This document shows positions 49,556 to 63,397 of a stretch of 64,000 nt of DNA, piece after piece. Origin of the DNA: Eledone cirrhosa (Eukaryota). The position numbers were made by a program, and so were the translations under genes. The notes under the pieces were generated by a model. That model was given only the letters and a program-made list of their open reading frames with translations, ran no database searches and was not told the DNA's origin. The stretch covers positions 4,774,001 to 4,838,000 of the forward strand of contig OZ024746.1 of the NCBI GenBank assembly GCA_964016885.1, written 5' to 3'. Numbering within the stretch: the first letter of the stretch is position 1; every line of letters begins with the position of its first letter.

Positions 49556-50526
49556 AAAAAATAAAATATGCTTTGACAACATTTGTATAATATGATACAA
49601 CTGAAATGTAATAACAATTATATTCTCTCTTTCTAACACAGGTCTTTATGCTTCATTACATTTTTTTACATGCATTATATAAGTTAGAAAATGAAACATT
49701 TTTAACAACTATATTATTGTAAAGACATTTTTTCTAGTCCTCAATTTATATTTACTATATCATTAATATTTTTTTTTCTGTCCTCAATTTATTTTACTAT
49801 CTATTTCATTAATATATACTTTCATTCCACATTATTTCTCATTTCTTCATTTCAGACAAACACATACACACACACATGTACACACACACACACACATCAG
49901 ACAGTAAAGCAATATAGTAAATGGGTGTGGGAACAAAGTGATATAGTAAATGTATAATTATTGATAATACAGAAGACAAAATAAAGCCAAATTGCAAAAT
50001 AGCGCTTATAAAAATGATAACCATTCCAATTTATATAAAAGTATGAGACAGGAGTGGTGACAGGAGGAGCTAAACAATAGAGAAATTATATTAGCCTCCA
50101 TTTTATTTTACCCTTTTGATCTTTTAATTTATTTACATTACATTCTAACATTGCAAGGATGTTGACATACTGAGAATGGTTTTATTGAATGAAATAGCTT
50201 TACAAATTATCTTGTCATTTATGAGAGATAATAAGATCATCTTGATTCACATATGACCTCAACCACTGAAGATAAGGTGTCATTGTGATATGATCTGAAA
50301 CACTAAGATAAGCTGTCAGATGAAAGGAAACATGTCTACTTGCAAAGATCTGTTTTTAAACACTTATTTCATCAATTTATTATCATTTATCATCAACATA
50401 TTATCTAAAAACCTGTTACAACATAATCTAATATTGTAAAATATTCAAAGTAAATTACTAAATGTATGTATGTAATGGTGGTGCTGTAGCATGACCTTAG
50501 GCTGTTGGCTGGAACATGCAATACAG

Positions 50527-51343
50527 TAATAGAGTAAGGTGTGTATAGAGTAATGTATGTATAAAGTAATGTATGTATAGAGTAATGTGTGTATAGAGTA
50601 ATGTATGTATAAAGTAATGTGTGTATAGAGTAATGTATGTATAAAGTAATGTATGTATAGAGTAATGTATGTATAGAGTAATGTGTGTATAGAGTAATGT
50701 GTGTATAGAGTAATGTATGTATAGAGTAATGTATGTATAGAGTAATGTATGTATAAAGTAATGTGTGTATAAAGTAATGTGTGTATAAAGTAATGTATGT
50801 ATAAAGTAATGTGTGTATAGAGTAATGTGTGTATAAAGTAATGTATGTTTAAAGTAATGTGTGTATAAAGTAATGTGTGTATAAAGTAATGTGTGTATAG
50901 AGTAATGTATGTATAAAGAAATGTGTGTATAAAGTAATGTATGTATAAAGTAATGTATGTATAGAGTAATGTATGTATAAAGTAATGTGTGTATAGAATA
51001 ATGTATGTATAAAGTAATGTATGTATAGAGTAATGTATGTATAAAGTAATGTATGTATAAAGTAATGTATGTATAGAGTAATGTATGTATAAAGTAATGT
51101 GTGTATAGAGTAATGTGTGTATAGAGTAATGTGTGTATAGAGTAATGTATGTATAAAGTAATGTATGTATAGTGTAATGTGTGTATAGAGTAATGTGTGT
51201 ATAGAATAATGTATGTATAAAGTAATGTGTGTATAGATTAATGTGTGTATAAAGTAATGTGTGTATAAAGTAATGTGTGTATAGAGTAATGTGTGTATAG
51301 AGTAATGTGTGTATAAAGTAATGTGTGTATAAAGTAATGTATG
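50527..51343. repeat. 16-bp minisatellite, about 50 copies
   Basis: Unit A(G/A)AGTAATGT(G/A)TGTAT. Confidence 0.95.
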
Positions 51344-51639
51344 TCTGGTTCTGTAACTCTTGAGGGAGCCATATTGAAATATGGTGTTTCTTGGGTATTT
51401 TTAGACTTTGCGGAACCCATCTCCTCTCCAGGTCTGAATACAACAGATTTCTTCCAGAGAAGGATAGAAAGTGAGAGAATGGAAGTGAGAAAGAGATATA
51501 GAGGAAGAATTGACCCCAGTACTAGACTGGTACTTTTTCTTATTGACCTCAGCAGGATTTGAACCCAGAGTGCAGAGAGCCATAACAAATAAGTGGATGG
51601 TGGAATAAGCAAATACATACTTCAAGGCGACCACCTTAA

Positions 51640-51846
51640 CCCTTTAGCATTTAAACCGGCCATATCCGGCCAGAATTCTCTCACTACTTTCTGTTCAAAC
51701 TGGCTGTAACTGGCCGCTCATACTGACATTAAGGTATTTTTCTCAAAATAAATAACCTCAACATCTCATAGATTCGATATTATGTGAGATATTATGTGAG
51801 GTAAAGCCTTTACCATGAAAATATAATAGTAAATATAGAGTAATGT
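51640..51846 (+). mobile_element. MITE family C, 3' TIR lost
   Basis: Family homology. Confidence 0.8.
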
Positions 51847-52165
51847 ATCTATAAGTTGCTACTTTGCTCTATATGTGTGTATGGAGTGTTATGTATTTCT
51901 CAAAAGATATATGTCTTTTTCTCCTAGATATCTCTCTACATATATCTTTTAAACTTGTATAATTGATGCTCTGAACTATTGAGAAACATGATTGGTACAT
52001 CTTCAATATATATCGATATCTTTACATTATATTTATATATATATATATCACCTTGATCACCTTGACCGACCAGTCTGTCGGGCGTCCATTCGGCGCCGCT
52101 GGTCACAGCACGTCGTGCTGTTTTAGCCATAAGATAATGCCATCCCACTGGCTGGGCAGGCAGGC

Positions 52166-52214
<49 letters not shown>

Positions 52215-52216
<2 letters not shown>

Positions 52217-52440
52217 CATACATGCTCACCGACATCCAGAGTTGACACTGCACTCAGTGCTCCTGTGGAAGCCCCTGCATGGACACACTGGAAGAGGAAG
52301 TCTGAGGTTAACATATGTTGATGTCCTAAGGACAAACTCTAGTCTTTTGGAGACGCAGGACATGGCAGCGATAATGAGGGACTGAGACTGCTGGAGAGAG
52401 CTCGTCCATGGATCTCAGGAATTTTATCCGCCCTAGATAG
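52215..52440 (+). mobile_element. Decayed RTE-like LINE C-terminal fragment
   Basis: HRHPELTLHSVLLWKPLHGHTGRGSLRLTYVDVL...MRD*DCWR. Confidence 0.65.
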
Positions 52441-54164
52441 ATACTCATACACACATGCACAAAGAAGCTTCTGCATAGTATTGGTATGCCAGGGGTTATA
52501 TTCAAAGTCTTAGGTGCCATATAATATACAATAAAATCACATGGTTGCACAGTAAACTTCTTCAGAACACTCCCAGCTTTATAAACATATAAAACAAATA
52601 ACATCAAGAATTTAAAATTCCATGAAATGAATACTCTTCAAACAATATCAACCCCCTTTGCAGATATAATAGACTACTGTCCTTTCTCTAAGAATACAAT
52701 GAGATTTATGAGGTGTTGAAATGATGATCCGTGGACAATTATCTAAACACTTTAACTACTCAGTAATTACAAACATCACCAACAAACATACATTTCTGGT
52801 GAAAATCACAATAATTTAAGCAGATGCTCTATTGATTTCTTTCTTAAGAGAGTTGCTCTTATTTTGGGAGGAAATCATTCGAATACATTCAAGTCTCAAA
52901 TAATCCTATGCCCGATTTTCTAACACCCACCTCCTATTATTTGGGACCCAAGAGTAGAAAGAAATAATTTATCAGCACAAGACCTCAAATTTAGAATAAA
53001 AAAGTGAAAAGATGGCATTTATGCCTTTTAGCAAAGATCTGCATGATATACAATGAGAATAGAGAAAGGTATTTGGAATAAACCTCTATCAGTTTCAACA
53101 TTCAGTGTTCCAGTTGTTCAACCAATGGAACAGCCTATTAACATGTAAATGGCTGAACATTCCACAGACACATGTAACCTTAATGTAATTCTCAGGGAGA
53201 TTCAGCATGACACTGTGTGTGACAAGACTAAACTTTTGAATTAGGGGTACAATCCATCTGACAGGCTTCTAAACAGTCTCTGACTACCCGATTTCACCTA
53301 CAAGACATGGGGTCAATGCGGGGCAATGGTAAATGACATTTGTCCAAAATCCCTTGCAGTGGGATTAAACCTAGGACCTAATAATTGCAGACCTGCCAAC
53401 CTCTAAAAACCCAAACGGGGAGTACCGTGTATAAAAAGTGCCCCAAAATGGAGAGAAATGAGGTAAAATGGGGAGATTTTACATAATGAAAACTATACCC
53501 ATTTTCACTAGAGAAGACATCTCTCACCCACCCTTCTTTCTTATTACTACATACACACACATGCATACACACATACACACACATGCATACACACATACTC
53601 ACACATGCATGCACACACACAGTCTTCTAAAATAGTTACAAAATGCTTCTTTTAAACAGAGCCCAAATTTTGGTTTTCCTAACAATAAAATAAACATATT
53701 TGAATTTAGAAAATAAATATTTCAATGAAAAGTATTAAATATTTTCCTCAACTTTTGTCAGAGAAGGACAGAAAGATAATTACACATTGCTAAGGAAAAA
53801 ATAAAAACAAAATTGACCTAGTTAACAGTCATCCAAGATATCTCTTAGAGACCTCGCCTACCTGGTTTTCTTAGTCCAGGATTGATAAAAATTAGGTCAA
53901 AACACCAACATGTAAAAGCATCCAGCTGATCAAATAAAAATAGTTTTCTAACTTCAGGTTTTTTTTGTAGGATAGAATAAGAGGAATTTCAGAATACGAT
54001 ACTTGAGTGTATTTAGGCATAATAAAATTATATCAACCATTTAAATGATGAATAATTAATGGTTTCTTTTTAATACTAATTCCATGAAATGTGAACTGAA
54101 GAAAAACTACAATATAACAACTACTTGAACAAGAACACTGTATCAATATGAATTATTTTACTTC

Positions 54165-54312
54165 TTTTAGATATTGGACTATGGCCATGCTGGAGCACCA
54201 CTTTCAGATATTGGACTGTGGCCATACTAGAGCACACTTTCAGATATTGGACTATGGCCATGCTAGAGCACACTTTCAGATATTGGACTGTGGCCATGCT
54301 AGAGCACCACTA
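54165..54312. repeat. Tandem of about 37 bp, TTTCAGATATTGGACT(A/G)TGGCCATGCTAGAGCAC(C)AC, 4 copies
   Basis: Visible tandem units. Confidence 0.85.
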
Positions 54313-54536
54313 TCACGTATTTAGTTGATCATATCAACCCCAGTACATATTTTAGTCTGGTACTTATTGTTTTGACGTCTATTTGTTACATCATTCAGTT
54401 ATAGGACAAAACAAGTTTCACAAAAATAACACACCATAAAAACATGCAAGTTATTAGATTGGTGTAAATAGGTGCAGACATTGCTGTGTTAAGAAGTTGG
54501 CTTTAGAACCTTATGATGTGGCACCTTGGGCAAGTG

Positions 54537-54686
54537 AAGGCGCATGGCTTAGTGGTTAGAGCATTGGGCTTGCAATCAAAAGGTTGTGAGTTCAATTCTC
54601 GGACCAAGAGCAAGACACTTTATTTCACGTTGTTCCAGTTTACTCAGCTGTAGAAATGAGATGATAGGACTGGGGTCCCTATCATT
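54537..54686 (+). mobile_element. SINE family B, 5' half
   Basis: GGCGCATGGCTTAGTGG head and B box GTTCAATTC. Confidence 0.8.
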
Positions 54687-56294
54687 AAATTACCCAAGAC
54701 ACCTCCAACGAGATATACCTTGGAGGAGGCCAGCTAAACCTGATAGGTGTGAGCTGATAGGTGTCTCACACACACACACACACTTGGGCAAGTATCTTCT
54801 ACTCTACTCTGTGAATGATATTTGGTGGATAGAAACAGTATAGAAGACTGTCATATGTGAATACATGTCAATATTTATGTGCTGTAACTTAGAGGTTTTA
54901 AAAAAAAAAAGATTGATAATATAAGTGCATACTTGAAAAAAAAGGTACTGGGGTCAACATGATGAAATAAATCTGTTCCAGATTGTGCCCCAGCATGGAT
55001 GCAGTCAATGGTTAGGGTTAGGGTTAGTTACAGTACTTTGCTATTATATTTTACCAAAGGAAGGAGTAGCAGCCCTGAGTATTTTTAGCTTTGAAAAACA
55101 TTGATAGAGTAATGTTACAAAAATCTTATAATTATGTGACATACCAATCATTGTGCTCAATAGAAGGAAAAGAAAAGGTGATGATGATAAAATGTAAAGT
55201 CAACTCTGACAAGATTAGAACCGAGAAAGAATGTCAACAGACATAACAAAATGCCACAATAAGACATTTTGTTCTCTGCTTTAACATTATCTTCATAACA
55301 AAAACCAAATGTTTAGAAGAACTCAATATTTTATAGCTAAATGTTAACTATTAGTGTAAAATATTTATAGACTTTACCAATGTGGGAAATACATTCCAAA
55401 TATAAAGCTTCCTGAAAGGAAATGGCTTTTATATAACTAGAACTTGCTTTAATAGCTCCAGTGTGGCCCATGAGTAAGTCTCTTTAAGTGGGTGGTGTCT
55501 GACATATTGTAGAATGTGTCTGGCTTTCCATGTTGGCTTCGGTTGAACAGGAGAAAAATAAGAGATGTATGTGTAAAGGGAACAGAAAAATAACATATAT
55601 AAAGCATTGTTCTTTGAAAATGGTTTGTCAGTAAAAAAAGGCCACATTTTGATTAAGTTTTTACTAAGTCTCATTTTTCAGAGCTTTATAAGAATTTGAA
55701 TCATCATCGTTTTTACGTCCGTTTTTCCATTCTTGCATAGATTGGACAAAATTCTGCATAAGGCAGCGGTGGGATATGAAGTAAAATTTGCAATTAAAGG
55801 ATAATTTAGAAAAGAACTTATAGCAAGTATTAACCCATCTTTTATGTTGATGTCTACACAATCCTTTTGACTGATCTTATTCTCACAATAAATATAAAAT
55901 AGGATAGTTGCAAATAGTTGAGAAATATACTAAGCAAAGTGTGAGACAGAAACACAAGACAAGATTAATAGTCTTGAAAGTTGCTGTTATCATAAAACAG
56001 TAACAAAATACATAAATCATCATTTAATGTCTTTTCCAAAGCCTTTTGGATTATGCAGCAAAGCATATAATTTGCCTTAATCTTCATAAGTCAAAAGCAG
56101 CTCCTACATTTCCCTTTTGAAGTTCACTGACTGTATTAACATCTGTTGAAAATCTACAATCATACATTTGACCTCATAAAACCATCTTACTCTTCTTTAC
56201 ATGTAAAAATAAGTTGAAACAAAAACATTACTGAAATTGACTTCTGAAATCACATGTCATTTACAGCTAAAAGTCTAAATCCAAAGTTTGTCTC

Positions 56295-56522
56295 AAGCCA
56301 CAAGGCTCATCAGGCTGGTGCTTATCCTGATTTCTGTGGCATGAAGTGACTGAGAGTACACAACTCCCCGCTGGACAGGACGCCATTCCATCGCAGAGTT
56401 AAACCCCCAGTTATTACTGGAACTCATTTTCAGCTGAGTATACTGGAGCAATGTGAAATGAAGTGTTTTGCTCAAGAACACAACACATAAGCCAGCTCAA
56501 GAATCGAACCCATGACATTATG
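56295..56522 (-). mobile_element. SINE family E
   Basis: Homologous to 38160-38420. Confidence 0.75.
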
Positions 56523-56759
56523 ATGTAGAGGTTACCTTGTAATAACTTGCTGAAAACAGGAAACTAAAGACAACTGTAGTAGTTATTCAATATTTTAGAC
56601 CCCTTAATATAATATGTAGAAAGCTAACTTTTGTAAAGCAGTTCAGATAATTTAATCAACCTCAGCAATTTTACTGACATTTTATTGAACACGTACTTCT
56701 CTTCTTTGCCCACTTATTTTTAAGTGGGTTGAGGGGGCAGAGTTTTCAGGCATGTCTTC

Positions 56760-56940
56760 CAAAGGGACCTATCAGAGGCAACTGTCTCCAAGTAATCCAC
56801 CTGGATCCCAAAGCAAAACCAACCAAGCTTATGAATGTTATTCAACTATCTTACTCATGCTCTACCAATGGGTCACGTGTTGGTTTGCTTTGCCTATAAA
56901 ATCTGTCCAGTGATTCTTTCCTTAGACATTCTAACCACAT
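56760..56940 (-). mobile_element. RTE (Expander-like) 3' fragment
   Basis: Homologous to 26160-26460 (AAATCTGTCCA.TGATTCTTTCCT.AGACATTCTAA). Confidence 0.7.
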
Positions 56941-57799
56941 ACTCAAGAGGAAAAAAAAGTTTAACATACTAAAACCTTTAGATCAGTGTTCTACCATTTT
57001 AAATGGCTATTCCAGAAAAGTAAAGAGCCAAGCGCTTGGCCAACAGGAACACACATAAAGGGAAAAAATACATGAGCGTTGTTTTTCTTACATCTAGGTA
57101 GCCAGAATATTGATTTAATTTAGTTCCTCTTAACAAAATAAAACTCTGCTGCTACACTAACATCAACTTATCACACTTATTAAAATAGGCAGTTGGGCCT
57201 CACACACAGTACCAACAAAGCTGGTGGTATTAGAAAGATATTTCATAGATATTATCTTAAATATTTCTATCCCAGCAGTATAAAATGTGGATTGGAATGT
57301 TCAGAGTGTTTACAAAGATAATTAGCTGGCAAGTTCAAATTGCTGATAATCAACTAAATATATAGACTAAATTTTGTTATGGTTATCACGAAATTTTAGT
57401 GTGAAAACTGCCAGTTAGTGAGGTTTGCTTTTTCTTTCCTTCTTTTTTCTGTTTTATAAACCAGCTACTTTAAATTAATAACTTCCCTCCAATATAAGTG
57501 GCTTCCTAAAGTCACCAGAAACTAACTCTCAAACTTAATATACTTCTTGCTTTCAACATGATTTATATTTAGAATAGTTGTCTTTTGTAGCTATTGTGAC
57601 TACTTTTTACAAATATTGTAGATAAAGGGTTAAAAATAACATTTACAGCAATTACTTGAAAAAAAAGTTTACAGATAAAATCTCATTCATATTTTCTAAC
57701 TAGATGTAGCATTTGTTTTTAAGCTAGAATATTAAAGCAAATAATATGTGAACAATATTTTGCTATATAAATTAAAGCAGAGTCTGTAACAAAGTTTAA

Positions 57800-58017
57800 C
57801 CCTTTAGCATTTACATTACTCTATATTTACTATTGTATTTTCGCAGTAAAGGCTTTATCTCACATAATTATCTTACATAATATCGAATCTATGAGATTTT
57901 GATATTTATTTTGAGATCAATGCCTTAACATCAGTATAAGCAGCCAGCTACAGCCAGTTTGAACAGAAAGGGGTGAGAGAATTCTAGCCGGTTATGGCTG
58001 GTTTAAATGCTAAAGGG
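57800..58017 (-). mobile_element. MITE family C, complete
   Basis: TTAA TSDs at 57796-57799 and 58018-58021; perfect 14-bp TIRs. Confidence 0.9.
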
Positions 58018-58021
58018 TTAA

Positions 58022-59612
58022 ACACATTGTAGTCCATGGACTTCAAATCCTAGAAACATTGTAGTCCATGGACTTCAGATCCTAGAAACATTGTAATCCA
58101 TGAGCTTCAGATCCTAGAAACACTGTAGTCCATGGACTTTAGATTCTAGAAACACTGTAGTCCATGGACTTTAGATTCTAGAAACACTGTAGTCCATGGA
58201 CTTCAGATTCTAGAAACACTGTAGTCCATGGACTTCAGATTCTAGAAACATTGTAGTCCATGGACTTCAGATTCTAGAAACATTGTAGTCCATGGGCTTC
58301 AGATCCTAGAAACACTTTAGTCCATGGACTTCAGATTCTAGAAACATTATAGTCCATGGACTTCAGATTCTAGAAACACTGTAGTCCATGGACTTCAGAT
58401 TCTAGAAACACTGTAGTCCATGGGCTTCATATTCTAGAAACACTAGTCCATGGGCTTCAGATTCTAGAAACACTGTAGTCCATGGACTTCATATTCTAGA
58501 AACATTGTAGTCCATGGACTTCATATTCTAGAAACACTGTAGTCCATGGGCTTCAGATCCTAGAAACATTGTAGTCCATGGACTTCATATTCTAGAAACA
58601 CTGTAGTCCATGGACTTCATATTCTAGAAACATTGTAGTCCATGGACTTCATATTCTAGAAACACTGTAGTCCATGGACTTCAGTTCCTAGAAACACTGT
58701 AGTCCATGGGCTTCAGATTCTAGAAACACTGTAGTCCATGGACTTCATATTCTAGAAACACTGTAGTCCATGGGCTTCAGTTCCTAGAAACATTGTAGTC
58801 CATGGACTTCATATTCTAGAAACACTGTAGTCCATGGGCTTCAGATTCTAGAAACACTGTAGTCCATGGGCTTCAGTTCCTAGAAACATTGTAGTCCATG
58901 GACTTCATATTCTAGAAACACTAGTCCATGGGCTTCAGATTCTAGAAACACTGTAGTCCATGGACTTCATATTCTAGAAACACTGTAGTCCATGGGCTTC
59001 AGTTCCTAGAAACATTGTAGTCCATGGACTTCATATTCTAGAAACACTAGTCCATGGGCTTCAGATTCTAGAAACACTGTAGTCCATGGGCTTCATATTC
59101 TAGAAACACTGTAGTCCATGGACTTCATATTCTAGAAACACTGTAGTCCATGGGCTTCAGATCCTAGAAACATTGTAGTCCATGGACTTCATATTCTAGA
59201 AACACTGTAGTCCATGGGCTTCAGATTCTAGAAACACTGTAGTCCATGGACTTCATATTCTAGAAACACTGTAGTCCATGGGCTTCAGTTCCTAGAAACA
59301 CTGTAATCCATGGACTTCAGATTCTAGAAACACTGTAGTCCATGGACTTCAGATTCTAGAAACACTGTAGTCCATGGACTTCATATTCTAGAAACACTGT
59401 AGTCCATGGGCTTCAGATTCTAGAAACACTGTAGTCCATGGACTTCAGATTCTAGAAACACTGTAGTCCATGGACTTCATATTCTAGAAACACTGTAGTC
59501 CATGGGCTTCAGATTCTAGAAACACTGTAGTCCATGGGCTTCAGATTCTAGAAACATTATAGTCCATGGACTTCAGATTCTAGAAACACTGTAGTCCATG
59601 GACTTCAGATCC
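58022..59612. repeat. 32-bp minisatellite, about 50 copies
   Basis: Unit AGAAACACTGTAGTCCATGG(A/G)CTTCA(G/T)ATTCT. Confidence 0.97.
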
Positions 59613-60609
59613 TAAGAACATCTTTTATAAAGATTTCAACAGTTGTAATCATATGTTAGGGTTTTACTTTAATTTAGAAATATAAAGAAACAATAATAGA
59701 AGAAAGTTTAGTGAGCAGCAATAGATTAAAACTGTAAAAGGCTTCAAATACTTGCAACATGAGAACTAAACTCTAAAAATAGAAAACCAACTGAAGTTCA
59801 ACAACCAGCATCGAATTTTGTCTTTGCAATTTAAAAACTAAAGTTAACCAAAGAAAATAACCACCCCCATACAAAATATTCTAAACAAGCCTCACCCTAT
59901 CTCTATCAACAGTAAAAAAAATAAAAATTCTTAAATAAAAAATGAAGGGAGACACAGACAAACCAGGTTCCCACAGTGACATGAAATAGTCTCAAATTTC
60001 TCTACAGAATCAACCTCAAGCTATAAGCCAGAACTTTCTTTGCAGAGAGAGAGAGACTAGTGAAAGTGTCATTTCCTTTCATTATAAGTTGCCAACCCCT
60101 CCCACCTGTAAGTTGATAATGTAATAGAAAGGGGGGGGGGGGAATTATTTGGGTACATTTCCTCCCTATGTGTCAGCCCGCTCTCAAAACCAAGTTCTTA
60201 TATAAATCCAACTTTTTCACACCCTACTTTCGAGCTGTAATCCGAGTGTCAGAACAAATACAAAAGACAATCAAAGTTTTGTTTCATCCTCACCAGACTA
60301 CTTTACAACTCACTTTCCTTTTCTTTTCTTCTTGTTTAAAACAACTTTCTTTATTGAAAGACTATAATAGTAGGATGTTAATATGTAAGATCATTAAAGA
60401 CTATCAAGTTAAAACAAGGAAAATATTTAATCTAATAAACTGTAAATCTATCTTAGTAGAATTCATTATTACAATGCATTAAATACAATGTTTTGTATCC
60501 TAACATTCTAAAATATGTTGATGTCTTTTCTCCAGAAACAAAGGCCCTATAATTTTTAAGAGAAAAATATTTTGATGTCCATGCCTTTGTCCAGAGCCTT
60601 ACATATATA

Positions 60610-60937
60610 CATGAAGGGCTTGAAACCAAGTTACAGTTTGTGAGGGAGAAGCTGGGTTTAAGAGGAATCCAAGGTGGTGTGCAGGAGAGAAGACTACATT
60701 GGTATGGACATGTAATGCATCTGGGAAATGACTGCTGAATGAAGAAGTGCCACTAAATGCCAGTGGAGGTAGATCAAGGAAGACATGGACAGAGGTTGTG
60801 AGAGCTGACCTTAAATCATTGAGACTCAGAGAGGTGATGACAAAGGTGCCATGGAGAGATGCCATGCTGAGAAGGACCAGTCCAACCCATGCAAACATGC
60901 AAAAGAAAACATAAAAACAGTGATGATGATGATGATG
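60610..60937 (+). mobile_element. RTE LINE 3' fragment related to the intact element
   Basis: REKLGLRGIQGGVQERRLHWYGHVM...GRSRKTWTEVVRADL; tail CCAACCCATGC...(GAT)n. Confidence 0.8.
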
Positions 60938-60980
60938 TTTGGAATATAACTTGACAAATATTCTTGCAAATAAATATAAT

Positions 60981-61326
60981 TGTTTCTACTTTTTGGCACA
61001 AGGCCAGTAATTATCCCAGTGTATTACTGGTACTTTATTTTATTGACCCCGTAAGGATGAAAGGCAAAGTTAACCTCGGCAGGATTTGAACTCAGTCCGT
61101 AAAGCATGGCATCCGACCCTCTACCGATACTGCCAATCCACCGCCCTAGCATGGCGTCTGACCCTCTACCGATACTGCCAATCCACCGCCCTAGCATGGC
61201 GTCTGACCCTCTACCGATACTGCCAATCCACCGCCCTAGCATGGCGTCCGACCCTCTACCGATACTGCCAATCCACCGCCCTAGCATGGCGTCCAACCCT
61301 CTACCAATACTGCCAATCCACCGCCC
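60981..61326 (-). mobile_element. SINE family A with five tandem copies of its 45-bp 5' head
   Basis: 21-bp TSD ATTCTTGCAAATAAATATAAT at 60960-60980 and 61327-61347. Confidence 0.9.
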
Positions 61327-62156
61327 ATTCTTGCAAATAAATATAATGGAATGTTTTTAGATAAATATATATAATTCAAATTAAACAGATTTATATGGTA
61401 AAACCAGGGGCCATTTCAGATGGCTTGCTACCAAAAGCATTAATGTATAAGGACAGCACACAAAGGACTAACATGGTGCTCTGTGGTATTCAAACTACTT
61501 AAAGCATATCTAATGACGGTGAGAATCAGCAACAATATACTAACATGTTTTATTTCATAAAATTTGCAAGAATTGTACCAAATAATGTAAGCAGAGAGTT
61601 GTGGTGTAAATTACACATCCTAAAGTATTGTCTTGGCCTGTCTCTTCACATCTCGTTAAGCTTACTGTGTCTCAACCCCCCACCAGATCCTGTACTAAAT
61701 AACTTCCTACAGTTACATCCTTCTGAAAATTTGTCTGTAACTTCATTGTTTTTAATGCAGATATCAACCTACAGATTTTTCATGCTGAACACCAAATTCA
61801 ACAACTTGACTAACCTAGGAGGGCCTGCAAAGATGGCAGTTACAAGAGGAAACACAGTGGGTAACTCATTAAAAAAAAACATCTTTGCTCACTGTGAATC
61901 TTACTAACAGGCTTTAGTTATTAAAAGATGACATACTTTCTACTTAGACAAACAGCTGAGGAAAACAATGAACATCAGAGAAATTGACTACCAAGTTTAA
62001 ATTGACCAATTCTTAGAAACACTAGTGAAAAAAAGAATGAAAATCAAGAGACCAATTAATTTATAAATTAGTAAACTACCACAATGATTATGGGGGAATA
62101 GTGTGAGTGTATGTGTGTAGGTGTTTGTGTATGTGTGTATGCATGTATATATATGA

Positions 62157-62599
62157 AGATGGATGGCTTAGTGGTTAGAGCGGCTTGCAATCGAAAGGTT
62201 GTGTGTTCAATTCTCAGACCGGGTGATGTGTTGTTTCCTTGAGCAAGACACTTTATTTCACATTGCTCCAGTTTACTTAGCTGTAGAAATGAGATGATAG
62301 GACTGGGGTCCCTATCATTCCACTGCAAAGTGGTTGTGGAGGTGCCACGGAAAAAAAGCACCCAGCACTCACTGTAAAGTGGGCGTGTAGGCGCCACAGA
62401 AAAAAAGCACCCAGCACTCACTGTAAAAGGAGGTTGGTGTTAGGAAGGGCATCCAGCTGTAGAAATCAAGCCAGAATCAGTTCTTGTATGAGCAAGACAG
62501 GGTCAGCCGTCTGGACACTACTCACAACAGGACAACCCGTCTAACCCATGCTAGCGTGGAAGGTCGGACGTAAAACGGTGATGATGATGATGATGATGA
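62157..62599 (+). mobile_element. SINE family B, full length
   Basis: A and B boxes, CCTTGAGCAAGACACTT domain, duplicated AAAAAAGCACCCAGCACTCACTGTAA unit, (GAT)n tail. Confidence 0.9.
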
Positions 62600-63126
62600 C
62601 ACATATTGATATGGAAGTATATCTTAAAGAAAAATTCTTGGTGATTTATGTAGACTTTATACAAGAAAATGTGTAAAAGTGTATTACAGTGGCTTCTTGT
62701 ACATTTAATTAGTCTGAGTAAGAGAAAAAGGAGGTGTTTAACGGACAACTCCAAGGAGCTGTTGATTGCCATTGAAATTCTATTTCAAGAGATATAGGAA
62801 CCATTTGAAGTAGTTCTCTCGTTTAATGAGGTCTTTGGATCAACTGACTCCATCCCACTAAAGTTTAACTCAGAATAAATGATACACTAAACAAGCAGTC
62901 ACTCTCAACCTCACACATCTTAAAGTTAACATTAGAACATACCAAAAGGAACTAAATTGTTCATATGATTTCAGAACATTTTGAAAGCTTTTCAAGAGAA
63001 ACAGGAGAATGTCATTCATTACTAATGACAAAAGCATAATTGCTAATCTATTTTGTCAGTTGATAGTTGCACTGCCATTCAATAAACCAAATGAATCTCC
63101 AACGGAAACTATATATATGATTTTAA

Positions 63127-63397
63127 CCCTTTCATGGCCACATTTTTAATAAAATACAGTCAATTTTAATTAATTAATCAAGAATTTCAAAGGATTTACT
63201 AAAATTATTAATTATTTCATTACTAAGATAGTAACTTAATGTAAGGTTCTTATATAAAATTATGTTGGAAGATTTAAATTTAAATTGGAAACCTTTAAAA
63301 TGGATGGTTTTATTTCATAGAACCAGAGTTGGTTTTAGCTGGGTGGTTTTATTTCATAGAACCAGAGCTGGTTTTGACTGGGCTGGTAACTAAAGAG
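63127..63397 (-). mobile_element. MITE family D
   Basis: TTAA flanks and a small internal duplication. Confidence 0.8.

Noticed and set aside
50445-51443. 332-aa His/Tyr/Thr-rich ORF
   Set aside because: Translation of the 16-bp minisatellite
56295-56330. CTGATGAGCC-TTGT-GGC in the SINE E tail (also CTGACGA at about 38175) as a hammerhead
   Set aside because: No GAAA after the hairpin, so the core is incomplete
62157-62225. tRNA genes suggested by A/B boxes
   Set aside because: They are SINE heads continuing into SINE bodies, with no complete cloverleaf
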